From Nageia nagi (lineage: Eukaryota > Plantae > Pinophyta): 64,000 bases of DNA. The translations under genes were made by a program, and so were the position numbers. Positions 39,741 through 55,052 of this stretch are shown one piece after another (the first letter of the stretch is position 1; each line of letters begins with the position of its first letter). Under the pieces are notes generated by a model. That model saw only the letters and a list, made by a program, of their open reading frames with translations, had not been told where the DNA came from and made no database searches. Where the stretch lies: NCBI GenBank assembly GCA_050084985.1, contig JBITNC010000001.1, positions 27,714,001 through 27,778,000 of the forward strand, in the 5' to 3' direction.

Positions 39741-42700
39741 TATACTTAATTCTAGAATATATATAACATTATTAAAAAAATATTGATAATAAGAAGTCAT
39801 ATAAAGTTTATTTCCAAGTTTGTGATGTTATATTGAAATGAGATGAGGATCATGTAAAACCTTGGAAGCATATGAAATTTGAATATTATTCAAATGCACC
39901 CTATATCATCACACAAACATTGGAAAATAATTCATATCATTTGTAGTAAGTGTTTGGCATCTAATACCTTATGATCATAATGTATAAAATCCACTTGAAG
40001 CATTATTGGATTGCGTAGGCAATCAACTAGCAACTTGTACATAATTAGTTAGGTCATTAATATAAATATTAATGATTTCATGGTGTTTAAATATATGTTA
40101 TATATAAATAATATCATATAACTTCAAAAATTCATGTATATTGCTCAACATTCCTCTCCACTTATCGCATTTAATGTTAACGATGACATGTTTCTTTATG
40201 CTTAAATCGATATTGCTCTCTACTTCCACATGGAGAATCTTGATGTACTCATTTTTAGGTTTTTTATTATATGCATGCCTATGATTTAAGTTCCATTCCT
40301 CCTATCTATTGCTAATTTAACATCAAAAAATTTCTAAGTGTTTAAGCACCTGAGAACTTGTGCACAAGAGCTTTGTCATGTTGAAAGCCTTCAAATGTTT
40401 AATATCAAAGATTTTGAATAACCTAATTTCAGTGAGGTATTTTCAAAGATGGATAGAAAAAAAGAAAAAGGAAAAGGGAAGGTTACTAAAGAAGAGAGAC
40501 TAGATGAAGAAATAAGGGAAGAGGAGCAAACAAGAACAAAGGTGAGGACTTACAATACTAGCTACCAAGCAATGAATACTCTTTGGTAGAAGCAAGACCA
40601 TCATATAAATGGGGAAACAAGAATGAGGTCTAGTTGAAGATTCAAGAGGAATTAAAAGTTTACAAAAACTTAAAGGTTGGCTGTTTAAAAGCCATAATTA
40701 GTAGTAGAGGGAAGAATGAGACATAATCCAAGTGCATACCTAGTTATTGTGTTGGCCACTAAGGTAGGTTATTATGTGCCTTTACTTTACTTTTCTACAC
40801 CCAAAGTGGTAGAATACATGGATAGGAAGAGGAAAAGCAAATACCTAATATTTTTTTCGTACAGTAGCTCAAGATAAGTCATTTTGGTAAATTATTCAAC
40901 TATGGCTATAAATGAGGCATATGCATTCCCCATTTATTGGTCTAATATAAGACTCAAGTTAATTATTCTATTAGAGGAAATGAAGCTTTACATTGGAAAT
41001 TTTAATAGAATAATGCATTTCATAAGGAAGAAGTATCTTGAATCCCTTGTATCTCTACCAGAATATTTACGGATGGGAAAAATTAAAAATTCTTGGATAA
41101 AAGATATATTATCAACTATCAATGTGTTGTTGGACCATGATTCATACATATATATGGGGTGATCATGTCATTAGCCAAGGGGCTATACTCAATAATATAA
41201 ATTTAATTGGGAAAATTTCATCTTTGCAAACATCTCAACCCAAATGGATAAAATTGGAAAGAAGAGTGACTTATCTTATTCTTCTATTTATTTTGGTTGG
41301 CATAATACGATAATCCAATATTATTTTTCAGGATTCCTTTAGACCTAAGAGTTAAGGACAACATAACACTATCCATATTCAATAGTGACTCATTTTATGA
41401 TTTTGTTATGGAATTTATCAATTTGATGATGAGAAACATGATTAGGTTTAAAGTACCAAGATTGTTTGACTCTTGCATAAAGATATTACATATGAAAAAT
41501 ATTGAGATAAAGGACTGGTAGTTCATGAAAGAGACTATTATGCTGATAAAGTATGGGTTTTCTAGGATACCCTTCTTATTTCAAAAATATGTTAACAAGG
41601 AGTTATTTGTACTTGATATAATGAGACAAATTAATGCAATTAAAATGAAGTGCAAGATTAAAAAATCATATTCAAAAATATAATTCAATACCCATTTAGC
41701 ATTACCCTAATAACATTAAATAAATATGGCAAACATGAATTCATTTATAATATTTTTTTGAATAATTTCTAGCTAGGTGAATTGGATATGACATGGTTGT
41801 GTTATGAAACTTTAGGCTTGATGAAACCCCAAATTAAGTTAAATAAGAAGCATGGGCCAACATTTGATCATGACTCGATGCCCCATATTGAAATATTTGA
41901 GAAACTAGATGAGAATAAGGTAAAAGAGTACTCAAAATATTAGATTAACTCAGTGTTTAAGTCTTTGGATGTACTTTCCATATTTTCCTAAAATAAGGAA
42001 TTGGGAAAATATGCAAAAGAAGGATTGGTCTCTTTCCCCTATAGTAGTGAAAACTTTGAGGGATGACTTGGATTGAGGAAATACCAAGATCCATGGGTTC
42101 ACAATTTTTAGATATTAGACACACATCCAGGTATAAGGGTGAGAGGTTGTAAAATTTGGAAGCTTTATAGCTAATATGGAATGGAAGAAGGCATATAATG
42201 TGGATTTAATTCCCTATACAATATTACCTAAATTAGGGTAAGGATACATAATCATTTCTCAAGAGAAATCTTCTTATTCCTAGTCCCATTCACAAGACCA
42301 ACCCAAATAGGAGATCCCTCAAAAGGCCCAACATCTAGGCAAGAGGCAAATGGGGTCATCCACTATTGAAGAAGTCAAGGCTACATAAGAACTTGAGATT
42401 AAGATGGAGTGGAATGAAGAGAATAAAAATAAGGAAAAGTACCTTGGAAGAGAAATAAACCCCTAAAAGAAGGAGAATGCAAGCAAAAAATCAACAAAAG
42501 AGAGTTGGAGAAGCTCAAGTTGTAGCATTAAGAGGAGAAACTTAAAGTGAAAAGGTTAGTAGCACTACAAAACCCACTGATTTGGATACTATAGAAGTCT
42601 CTAGCTTGAGGGTTAAGGTTGTTCAAGAAATCATTCCATAGTCTCCTCCTCCATATCGTAAAGTCATGTCTAAACCAACTCCCCAAAAACCTCAATTATA

Positions 42701-45700
42701 CCTCATATTCCCCTAGGAAAGACTTATAGTTCATCCTTAACCAAATATTTAGATTTAAGTATGTTTTTCATAAAAAATAAGAATATTAGGGCTATAACCT
42801 GGATTGAAACTTTTAGGCCCCAAACAATTGATACTAAAGATCCCAACCAACTAGAGGCTCAAGAATAAAAATAAATTATGCAAACACAAAAACCTGTAAA
42901 CTCCATAGACCAATTAGATAAGGATAAGGATTATGAAGAACCCCAAGGGCAAGAAGAATAAAAATAAAAGAACCTAGTTTAGGAGACTAGGGATGATAGC
43001 CAAAATAAAGTAATTATTATACACTCCCAAGATTCCAGAACATCATGTTAGATTGTTAAGTGTGGTAGAGATGAAGACTAGTAGAATGAAAGCAAGGATT
43101 TTACTAATACCAAGAACCAATTTGGAAAAATATATGCCCCCTACAATGATGGAGCTTCCCATGGAGATGCCTCTAATGCATGACCAAAGAGTATTCACCA
43201 TGCAACTAGTTTATTCATTGGGAAGGAATTTTGAGAAAGCTAATATTAAGCTTTAAAAAACTAAAAAGAAGCTTAAGGAAGGGTCATAAGCACTGAATAT
43301 TAAAAGGAAAAATAATAAGGCATTATAAAATACAATTAATGAGCTCAAGTAAACGATGGAGCTAGTAGATGAAAATCATTAGATGATGTTGCAAGAGCTC
43401 AAAGGAGAGATGAAAGTTATTGCAAAAGATAGAGAATAATTAGAGAAGAAGATCCAAGAGATTGATAAAAAGCAAATTGAAGAGTTGCATGAGAGATTGG
43501 ATCATCAAGATAATGAGGTCCATATATTAATCCAAAACAACACATTTTTTTATCATGGTGATCAATAAAGTAAAGGAGAGAGTTATGGATGAGAATACAA
43601 ATAAAGTTTTTAGCTCCAACCAAATTAAGTAGTTAAAGAATGACATGGAGAAATTAGTTTTAAATTTTCAAGTTTTGTAGGATAAGTACAAGTCCATGAT
43701 TTATTTTCCATTAGAGTGTGAAAAGAAGATTAAAAACTAGATGGGTATGCCCACTTAGGAAGAATTAATTATATAACAATCTAACTAATAAATGTGTTAT
43801 ATAAGAAGGTGTATGATATAGGTTTACTTGCAAGTTTATCTAACAAGTTAGAAGCATTTGTGGAGGAACTACAACTATAGGTCATATTTGTCAAGCTTAA
43901 ATTTATCAACTTCGTCAATAAGGTATTCCCTTCTTTTTAGGAGGTGAAGATGATAGTGCATCCTTAAAGGACTTCATAGAAGGATTTCATGAACAAATCA
44001 ACATAAATAAATCATTGGGCTAGTTCCATTAGGAAATTAATAGCTTATATGATATCAAGAAGTCAATAGTAGGGATGGTGAGTAGATTCTTGCACTCAAT
44101 TAAAGCCTTCACCATTTACAAGAAAGTCACATGTAAGCTTGAGCTAGTGAATGCAATCCCAAAGTATGCAAAGTATGAGTTAAAGCTATTAAGTGATATT
44201 TTTGATCAAGCTCAAATGTATATTAGCAATTTGTAAGTGCAATCAATAGTTTTGGATTCCACTTCAGTAGGCTATAGTCCCTATGAGCTACCATTAATAT
44301 TATTTAGAAAATGTTATTTTGTTAAGTATTTGTCCCTTTTTATTTCTTGTTTCCCTATTTCTATGTATTCCTTTCCAGTCTATATATTCCTTTTTATTAA
44401 GTCCCTCTCTTTATTTTATTTTGCTCATAAGCCTTAATTTTCAATAAGAGGCCTTCTTCAGGTCCAATATTGTTGAAATCATATGACTTGACTAAGTAAT
44501 GATTTACCCATACTTAGATTAATTTGTAAGTCTCAAACTTTTGTACCAAACTTGATATTATTTGTGGTGACATCTGTTAGAAATTATAAGGCACTATTGT
44601 GTAATACCTCTCTTTATTAATGTAATGCACTTAATATTTAAAGGTATCTAGATACCTTAAGTATTAAGGGAATAAAATATTAGAAAAGGTTAACTTAACA
44701 TTTGAGTTAAAGGGGGGTTAAAGAGAGGGTTGTATGCTATAAATAGAGGGCTACCCCCCTCTCATAACACACACTTGTAGAAGTATGGAAGTGCTAATCT
44801 TGCAGAGTTATAAGAATGCTCTTGTAGGAGCTTTGTAGAAGAATTCTTGAGATTTTATAGGAGAGTTATCTTGTGAGCAAGTAATAGAATGATGGTTCAA
44901 AGTGGATGTACTTCCATAGTTGGAGGAACCACTATACATGGTGTGTTATCATTTGTGTGGTTGATTCTTGCTTTAGTTAGATAGTTGATTGTTAGATTTG
45001 TTAGAGAACCTTCAAGGGATCTTGGTTATGGAATCCTTCAATTCCTTCATGTGGTGTCAGAGCCATCCTTATGGTGATCCCCTCGTATTTCTACTTGGTA
45101 ATTTTGAGGTAACTCTCCTCAAAATTGAAGGTATATCTAACCTCTAAACTTGTTTAAATTTTTATTTGAAACTTTAAGGTTAGTTTATTTCAATTTCATA
45201 TTTTGAAGTTGAATTTTGATTTCTATACTAACATTCGTTATCTTGAGAATAATGGGCTAAAAACTAAGGTGATTATTACCTTAGTTACATGTTAGTAGTA
45301 TTTTTTTTTTGTTAAATCTAACATATGCTATATGGTTAGATTGTAAATCTTTTGATTTATAGACTAACATATTTATGTTGGAGTAATTAGATAAGATCTA
45401 ACATTTTTATATTAGTCACATGTTAGTAGATTTTAATCTAACATTTTTATGGTTAGATGCTAAGATAATGAAAAATTAGTGTATCTTAAATTTTTATAGT
45501 TAAATCTAATTCTATTAAATAATTAGATTTGAAAACTATGCTAAAATTCCCTTTGTGGTTGCCTTTTAGAAAAATGGGATTATACATATGTTTAGTATCA
45601 CACATGTGTAAGTATTTTTTTGTTTGCAAGTAAATTTTACAAAAATTAAATAAGTTGTACAAAGTTTTTAATCTTGCAATTGTTTACAAAAAAAAGGGGT

Positions 45701-46980
45701 TTTTGTTGTATAGAATTCATTATTTTGTAATTTTTGTAGTAATAAAAAAAGAAGGTTGGCTATTCTATTTAAACACATAATTTTTTTAACAAACATTATT
45801 TATAAACAATGTTTTTGTTTTGTAGTTGTTTTTAATTAAAATACATGTATTTTTTTAAAATTAAAAAAATACTATATTATTTGTCTTTCTTAAAATAAAG
45901 TTTTTATTAAAAAAATACATATATAAAAATAATAATTATGAAGCACAAGGAACCTAGGGACACGCATCCGTAGAGAGAGGTGTGGCCTTCACATGGGACT
46001 ACCACCTCCAAAGGGAGGTGTGGGCTCCCTGCAAGGAGCCATAAACCCCCATAGGAGGGTGCAACCTCCACGTGGGACTGCACCCCCCAAAGGCAAGAGT
46101 AGCCACCATGTAGGGGTCATAACCTCCCAAGGGAGACCCAACCTCCATGTGTGGTTGCAACCTCCAAGGTGAGGTGTCCTAAGGTACCCCTTCCACCTCA
46201 TGTAGGGAGAGGCATCCAAGGGCCACCATCCACCTCGTGTGAGGGGAGGTGCCTAAGGGGTTGTTATTTACCTTGTATGGGGGAGGTGTCATAGCTGCTA
46301 TCATCTAACTTGCATGGGGGGAGGTATCCATGGGCTTTCATCCTATGGAAGGTGCGGCTATCATGGGGCTGCAACATCGATATTAGGCAGATGAATGCTT
46401 TGCAGGCTACTTTGCCATCATAACCATTTTTTTCTCCTCCTTTGCTTCTACCTCTACAAAACATACAAATTGTTTACTTTGTTTATGATTCGCTCAATTA
46501 TTGGTTGTATTTATTATGCATATTTTTTTCATCCTATTAAGTGGTGGATTATTTTTTTGACCTAGGCATATTTTAATACAATTTGGTCTAATTCCTTGCC
46601 CATTTTTTCCACCAACATGGTGGAGGTGGTGGAATATTTTTATTTTTTATCCCTTTCTTATTGAATGAAGTCACATATTTTAATTAAGAGGTATTTTTAT
46701 TTTACCTACTCCAAGGTTGATTTTGTAAGTCAATATAAGTGGGATTTTTTATTAAGCCTCTTTTGCTCACATGGGACCAAGGAAATGATCTCATTTTTAA
46801 ATTTGTTTATATATAACTAGTTTGTTTGTAAAACAGCATATGCTAAAAATATATTTTTAATATTATTTATTTTTTAAAAACAAAAATTTTAAAATATGAT
46901 GATATAACTTTTTGGGTGTTATTAATTCACCAAATGAAAATTGTCCCTATTTATTAATTAAGGCGGAGCATATACTTGAG

Positions 46981-49900
46981 CACTAGTACAAAAGTAGCAA
47001 TTTATGACTAAATAAACTACTAAAAATTGTAGATAAATGAGTATTTTTGATCACGTGACAAATAGTAGTTTCTTTATGGTCATTTATATCATAATCAAAC
47101 TTATGACTAAACTAAGTTAATCATTTATTTGGTCATTGATTTAATCATTGATTTAGTTGTATATTTAGTCATGAATTTAGTAGTACATTTAGTTATTGAT
47201 TTGATCATAATTTAGTCATTGATTTAGCCGTATATTTAGTAATTAATTTAATCATTGATTTGATCATATATTTAGTCATTAATTTAATCATATATTAATT
47301 TAATCCTATATTTAGTCATTGCATTCATCATATATGTAGTCATTGCATTAGTCATAAATTTAATCATTTTTATTTATTGATTACCATTAGTTGGTAATAA
47401 ATAAAGTCATGAAATAAATAATTTATTAAATACCATAAATTTTATAATACAAAATAGCATAATATTAAACTTGAACTAAAAAGATAAAAGTATATACAAA
47501 TATTACTCATAAGCAAGGGGTACATTACTTGTAACCTTTAAAATGTTTACATTTGCATCTTTTGTTCCTTTCAAGTTGACTCCATGTACAATTGATAAGA
47601 GAGTGAATTTGTCCAATGCCCACAACATCACCATAAAATGAATCCAATACCTTAGCTTTATCCTCTTATTTGAGTTTATCAATACTTTTTTGCTTAAAGA
47701 ATAACACATTATATCAATAAGTTATGAAAGGAAAAAAATATAAACAATCATTACCATGCATGCATACCAGAAACATAAGATTATGAGATCACTATTATGC
47801 ATTTGATTAGTCTAAACTTTATCAACAAATATTGTCTGCCAATTTCATAAGTAAAATATAATTCCTTAGAAACTATTTAAACAAAATTAGCATGTCATTT
47901 CATAAGTAAAATATAATTTCTTAGAAACTATATAATATGAAATCAACTAGAAATAGTAATTTGTATTCTTTTTCAAGATCAGAATTAACATCTTAAGAAG
48001 AGTAATTTCAGCCATAATAATTCATATAATGTCATACAAAAATGATACAGCCAAGAATACATGAATGATGCCAATGAAAATCATAAAATCATAATTTTTA
48101 GTTCAAGTAGTTTCTTACAGTCAATACATTATGCAAGTTACTAGATCTTCAAACTAAATACAACTACAGGAGGAACCATGAACAATAGTACTTGATCAAT
48201 ATAAATGCTTTTATGAGAATTAACAAGACTACAATATTTACGGAGTTCCTTCATATGCACCCACCATTATCCTATGGTATTGAATGGTTAACATGGTGTA
48301 TAATTGTTAAGACATCCCTTATGCTTCAAGTATGCCATCACACAATTAAATTAGTTATAGTTGATTGCTTAATTCAATCACATATTAGTTAATGCATGTA
48401 TTTCCACCAAGTTTTGATTACCATAAATGACTCCTAACCTCCTTTCTAGGTTCATATACATGTTATTCTTTTTTCCATATTGCAACATCAATCATACTAT
48501 TGTTTATGTTATGATTTTTCCTTTTAAGATCATTAATTGGGTATAAAACATGAAACCTACCTATGGTTTCATACTTTTGGTTTAGCTTCATATACCTATA
48601 CTAATCTCTTGGTACATAAAGCTTGAATCAATCAACAAGTGTTATTATTTCTAGGTGAGCTTGTATACACCATGTACTCATTGTCATCTAAAAAAATGAT
48701 ATCATAATGTGTTATAAGGTGAATAATTTGGTCTTTATGTAGAAAATATTTTCACACTACTATGCAAATTCATTTGAATATTTTTATCCATCAAGGAAGT
48801 AATAGTCATTTAAGGAGAGATCAATTATAAGAACACTCCTACTTTAATTAGAAGATATGCATTTATAACCCTTTTCTTAAGGAGCTCATATACTTCTATT
48901 CTTATAGTGTGAATCTTCATTAGGACCACTTAAATAATATATTATCTTATTGATGAAAAGGGTATAACCTATGAATACGAATTTCATGTTCTAGTAAAAT
49001 AATAGGTTTTATCTACCATAAAAATCGTAGGTTTTGTTAAACTAAAACTATCCTCCAATAATATTTTCAAATATCGTAATTTCATTACAAGGAATGCATT
49101 AATATAAAAAGAGAGTTTCATACCTTGAGTACTTAAGGTGAAATAATTGAAGACATATATCATTTGCATCAAAATTCAAGGGAAATAATTACAATGAAAT
49201 ATCTATATCAGTCTTAGTCATTTCTTTGTAACCTTCCCATCATTATTTGCAATCCTTATTAAATAAGATAAGACAAACCTTAAGTAACTCCAATTAGACT
49301 TATGGAATTTGCAAGACCTATTATACCAACCAAGAAGTGAATTTGTAATAGAAGAGGTACTTTAGTGAAGGATTCCAAATGCATTGTTGTAGTATTTGTT
49401 CCATCATGATTAGACATAGACCACATCCATAACTCAACAATGGAAAATAGGAAGACTACTAAGATAACAAATAGAATCTACATTTGATCCATTGCCATAG
49501 TTATAATAATGTGAGTTAAGTATGGATAACCCCAATAGTTTGGGATACATAAGTCTAGCTCACTTCCAATTTGCTAACTCAATATAGTTGATAATTATAA
49601 GAATAACTCCTAGTAAATAGATATGAAAGAAGCTAAGACTTCAACTAAATACTAGACTTGTAGAATCTATTAGTCTAGCCATAGATGAAATCATATCAAT
49701 TAAGTATTTGAAATTATCTATTTTATGGAAATTTGCCAAATATATTGTAGTAGGCTAAACTATTCTTTTGAGAGATGTGAGGCATGTATCTTATCCATGA
49801 TTCATTTATAGATTCATAATAAGACGAATAAAAGATTATTTACTATTGCTACAAAAAGACAACTATGCCAAGCTGAAATCCAATAACTCAATAGTTAAAA

Positions 49901-52900
49901 ATTCTGATTTGTATCCACTATCATGACTCAAGGAAAGGTTGAGCAATAATCTAATCCCATTTAATTATTCTATATGTTGCTAATGGATTGGTATATAAAG
50001 TTGATTCCAAAGCATAGATAGAATATAAAATGCCATGATGAAAATGTTATAAGGTATGCCCCAAAAATGAATTCGATGTGTATTCTAATGATTTAATTCT
50101 TACCTACAAGATGACAATTGAAAATTACCTCATCAAAATCGATAGCCTTATACATAATATAACCAATCTTCTTAAGATATAGAAGAGCCATTTCATACAC
50201 CACCATCAAATCTTATTTCTAAAATCAAAGTACAATCGATTGAAAACTTTTAATAAAGACCACAATAACATAGGTTTTTCACTACTTGGTTGCCTTTCTC
50301 AATAGAGAATACAATATTCTACATAGAGAAAGTGTTTTTGATACATTATCAAACATAACTCTTTAAAAATCAAAGAAGTAATCATAAGGTGGATGCAAGT
50401 CTAGCCCTTAACACATGTTTGGAAGGAGTTCTTAATACTCAACAACAACATTTTTGAAATCCAAAATGTTTCACTTGAACTAATATCAAATCTAATAGTG
50501 CACACTAGCTCATCAATCACTCAACCAACAACTGATCTTCTTTTGCCATAATATCAATCTTTGAAAAAAAAAAAATAATGAAAGGGGTGAGATTAAAAAA
50601 TCTCAATGAATCCATTATAAGATAAATTCTATTATCAAGAGCAAATTGAAGATTAAGTTTGCTAAGTATCCAACACAATGACACCCATGCCATGGCATGC
50701 AAACATGGGGAGCCATATTACCTAAATGATTGAATACAAATATAATAGTTGTACTTGCCAATAATAATTCCATATAAATGCAAAATCATGATAAATGGAT
50801 TCATTCACAACATCCCCCTAAAAATAATGTCATACCATTCGATGAACTAAGATTGAATGAAATGATATGTAATGGTATGCCATGCTATGATTATAGTTAT
50901 ATATCTATATACATCATACATAATCAAATAAAATAATAATATTTACATACTATTATATCTTCTAATGAATAAAATTAGATTCAAAATCCAATTCATAATC
51001 AAATACAACAGTTAAACATAAAGGAAACTTTGTCAAACAATTCACATGAAGCTTGAAAAATGTAGCTTTATAAAATAGTCTCACAAAAATACAAATTTCT
51101 CTACCTCAAAGTATTAACCTACTAAATGATTTCTAGGTTTTATTGTACATGATGTCTACTCACTACCCTCTAAGTTTCAACCCAAAATGAGTTTGTATGA
51201 GGGAGTTATACCCAAAATACGAACATTATGTTTCCAAAAAATTATCAAGAAAAGCTATGATTTTGGAAAAGATTATTTTAACATCAAATGAGGGAAAAAA
51301 AGTTCAGCACTTCTAATCCTTCCTCATGACTAAAATGATAACATGTTTTAAAATTTGTTTTTCAAATTTAACCATTATAAAATTACTCAAACCAAACGAA
51401 ATGATATCTCTATTATTTGATTAGTGAAACCCATATTTTTGAAAAGGAATCACATGCACATCATGGTGCCTATAATTTCTTGCAAGTCAAACCCTTATAC
51501 TATGATAATGATTTGATACAATAAGCAAAACTTAAATCAATCATTTTACCCTCATTCAATGACATTAGCTAGTGATAGACTCACCTTAAAATGCACAACC
51601 ATAAATCATTGATCCTCCAAGATGCCCAAAACTTTGAAAGTGCCTCAATGATTTGATAAAGGTAGGAGTTTATGAACTATGAGGGTTTCTCTATCAATAT
51701 TCTAAGTGATTTACAACCAAAACTCCACTACAACCAGAAGTATGACATTTTCCATATTTTTTTCTCCTTTTTCCTATAGTGATAGCCATCATTTTGACAT
51801 ATCTTTATGCTAAAATGAAAATGGAGAGAGGGTTTCTATCATGCCAGCCATGACTGCATTTCATCTCTTTCCCCCCCTTTTTTTTCTTTCTTCCCATGGG
51901 GTTTTAGAATAGGAGTGTTAGGTTTAGGCTTTTATTTCTTTTTGCTTAATCCTAGCCTTAGATTCAATTTTTCCCTAGATCTAGTAGCTATGGTAATTTC
52001 CAAGCAAAGAAGGTATCTACACCATTTTCCATTAATTATCGCTATACAAAAATAATAGTTATTTCCTATTTGATATTCGTAAAACTCAATATTTCTAATG
52101 TTCAATACTTTAATCCATGTTATTTTCATGTTATGCAAAATATATATGAGTGGCATATCCAAAATGTTTTGTTATTCTTACCAAGGTAAATATTTTCATA
52201 TTTTTTAGTTTAAATATATTTCCATGGCCATGCATTGTTTTTCCTTTTAAAGAAATATTTATACTATATTGTTTACCACATGCAATGAATATGCTTTGTT
52301 ACTCAAAATGCACAAAACATTTAAAGAAGTAAACCATAACTTTATTTTGCAAAATGAAATAAGGCAATGAATCTATAGTGCTAAGCTAAATATGTTTATC
52401 AATGCAATTCATTATGTAAGGTATGAGGTCGTTATGCAATAATCCCAAGTAAATATAATATACCATGCTAAGAGTACAAAATAGGTGCAAGAAAACATGC
52501 TAAGACTATTTATTGATCAAATACAATCAAGTATGATCAAGGAAATGCAAAAATCATCGAGAGGGGAAGAGAGGGTCATGAAAATTACTATAGCAAATTT
52601 TAAGAAATTGCTATATAGAAAAAGGGAGAAAAAATGGCTTTGTGACATAACAAGAGTCAAGGGACCCTACACTAAGTGATATCAAAGCAAGTTCATTTAT
52701 CAAACCAATTCGGATATACGAATAAAAAATGTAAATAATAAGTAACAAATAGTAAATAGTAATAAGTGAATAATAATAAATACAAATAAATTTAATTACT
52801 GAATGTAAATAAGTAGATATAATTAATAATAAATGTATAATTAATTAGTAAGTAACAAATATAATTAAGATATAGTAAATGTAATGTAATATTGTGTAAT

Positions 52901-53178
52901 AAATATAAATAGTAAATGATAAATGTAATTAATAAATATAATATAATGTCATTTTGTTTGGGTGATTAATTATTCAGTCATTTATTTAGTCATTATTATT
53001 TTTTTAACCTTGTGATTTTACGTGATGACTAAATTAGTCATCTTTTTAATCATTTATAATTGCGAATTGCAAAAATTTAGTACAATTTGATCAATTTTAA
53101 TCATGTGACTCATAGTTTTAGTCACGTGATTAATAGTTTTAGTCACATAGTCATATATCTACCAAAATTCTACTAGTG
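46981..53178. mobile_element. 6.2-kb CACTA DNA transposon
   Basis: CACTAGTA...TACTAGTG termini, perfect 3-bp TSD GAG, ATTTAGTCAT-type subterminal arrays at 47100-47370 and 52970-53150. Confidence 0.93.
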
Positions 53179-54884
53179 GAGGGGAAGCATTTTTTTGGAA
53201 ACTATTTTATTTTCCAATTTGGTCAAGCAATAATTCTATTTTGGGTAATATTTTCTAAACTTAGTAAAATAGTAGTTAATTTTATAAATGGCATGCACTT
53301 GCAAAAATTGTATTTTTAAGCCTAGATCTCCTTTGCAATGCTCGTATAGGGAGTAAAATATTGTATTGCATAAAATTTATTGCAGGTTCCACTTATTGTG
53401 GTCCACCACCTTGTGCGAGTTCCACTTGTTGTGGCCCATCACCTATATTCCTCATCTAACTTGAGGAGTAGCTTCTTAATGAAGCTACAAAACAAACTAA
53501 AAAGAAAAACCTATTTATATATGCTTATTAACTTTAGTCTAGTGCATGCTGGATTTCTTTCTTCACATCACTATTCATGGAAACAGTATCAGCTAGCCAC
53601 TTTTCATGAGGCCCACAAGAAAAAAACATTTATGGTTAATGCGTGTATGGATGGTAACTTATTCAACTTGATGACAATTTTAGAAAACTATGCTTTACCA
53701 TACAATATATTTTTTCCACCATATAGTGTTTTCAAAAAATTAAAATGTTTGCACCTAAAATAATAGGATGATCATATGGTCATTTCCTAATTTTTTTGTA
53801 ACAATTATATGGTTATTATGTGGTAAATATTAATTGCATGATGATATATTTTTGCCACCATCATAGTTAAAATTAATTCACATAGACTTATGTGATGCCA
53901 CCTCCTGTTCTCAAAAATAGGTTCATAGAACTTGTGGAGATGATTTGATTTTTGTATCAAATCTATGACATACCACCTGCATTTATGATGCTTGGATTTG
54001 TGTGGTGTGATCAACATTATGGTAAGGATTTGGTTTTCATCACAAATCTATGGTGGCCTTACCACCCACTTTTCTCATTCAAATGTGTATAAATAGAGTT
54101 TATTTTTCGAATGCAAAGGCATGAATTAACCATGGCAGGAAGTATCCAACATGTATTGGTTACAAAGAGTATCCAACTCATTTTAGTTATGAAGAGGATT
54201 ATGTTTCACCTAATCCTCCTCCACATGTTCGACCCAATGCTCCTCTTAATCCTTTGATTCATGCTCCTCCTAGTACTCCAATCCCTAATAAGCTTAATTC
54301 TTCATGCTCTCTTTGGACTAATGCTCCAACTAATGTTGGGGAAGGTTCCTCATTTGGAGTTAGGACCACTCCCTCTTCCTTGGAGCATGAAATCTAGACA
54401 TTATATCAACAATTATATGATGTTAATCACAAGTGTGATATGTTTAAATGAAAGAGAGCAGTGTGCAAGTATGCATTTGATTTTCTCGTGGAAGAGCAAA
54501 ATCACCTATAAACTAAGAATAACATGTTGGATGAGCATTATTCTATTCTCCATGAGAATTTAAATCTCTGAAGCTCAATTCTACTCCTCCTCGAAATCTT
54601 TAAGTTATGTACATACTATTTTATGTATTTAGTATTGTTTAGAAGAATGTTTTAAGCAACATATCTTTGGATTGCTTTCTATTATCTAAATAAAAGTTAT
54701 TTTAACATAATCATGCTTATACAATGTTGTCTACACTTTGGTGTTCCATAGAATGTATTACAACTATAATAATTTTTCATTTGATAAAAGATACAAATTG
54801 GTAATATATTAACACCTTATGTACTTATACATGGATGGATTATTGTATATTTTATGAACTTATGTAAAGTTAATCTATGTACAA

Positions 54885-55052
54885 TGGAGTGGTTAAAAAG
54901 GTTCTACCTTCTCCATGATTCCCATATGTTGGAGTGGTTAAAAAGGTTTGCCCTTCTCCATCATTGCCAAGCCTTGGAGTGTTTAAAAAGGTTCATCATT
55001 CTCCATGATTATTGAATGTTGAAGTGGTTAAAAAGGTTTGTCCTTCTTCCAT
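54885..55052. repeat. ~45-bp tandem repeat x4
   Basis: tggagtggttaaaaaggtt....ttctccat units. Confidence 0.85.

Larger units (their letters stand above)
28217..44574 (+). mobile_element. Old degenerate Tat-type Ty3/gypsy element (5' LTR 28217-29798, aRH-RT-RH-INT, long 3' extra ORF relic) with nested insertions
   Basis: LTR ends TTCCATCA followed by PBS-like TGGTATTAGA; WEMYFDG...NNVVEYEAL (archaeal-type RNase H) at ~30455; KDNYPLP and VYID (RT); RH; integrase 32600-33550 resuming after 39745. 3' boundary uncertain. Confidence 0.75.
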
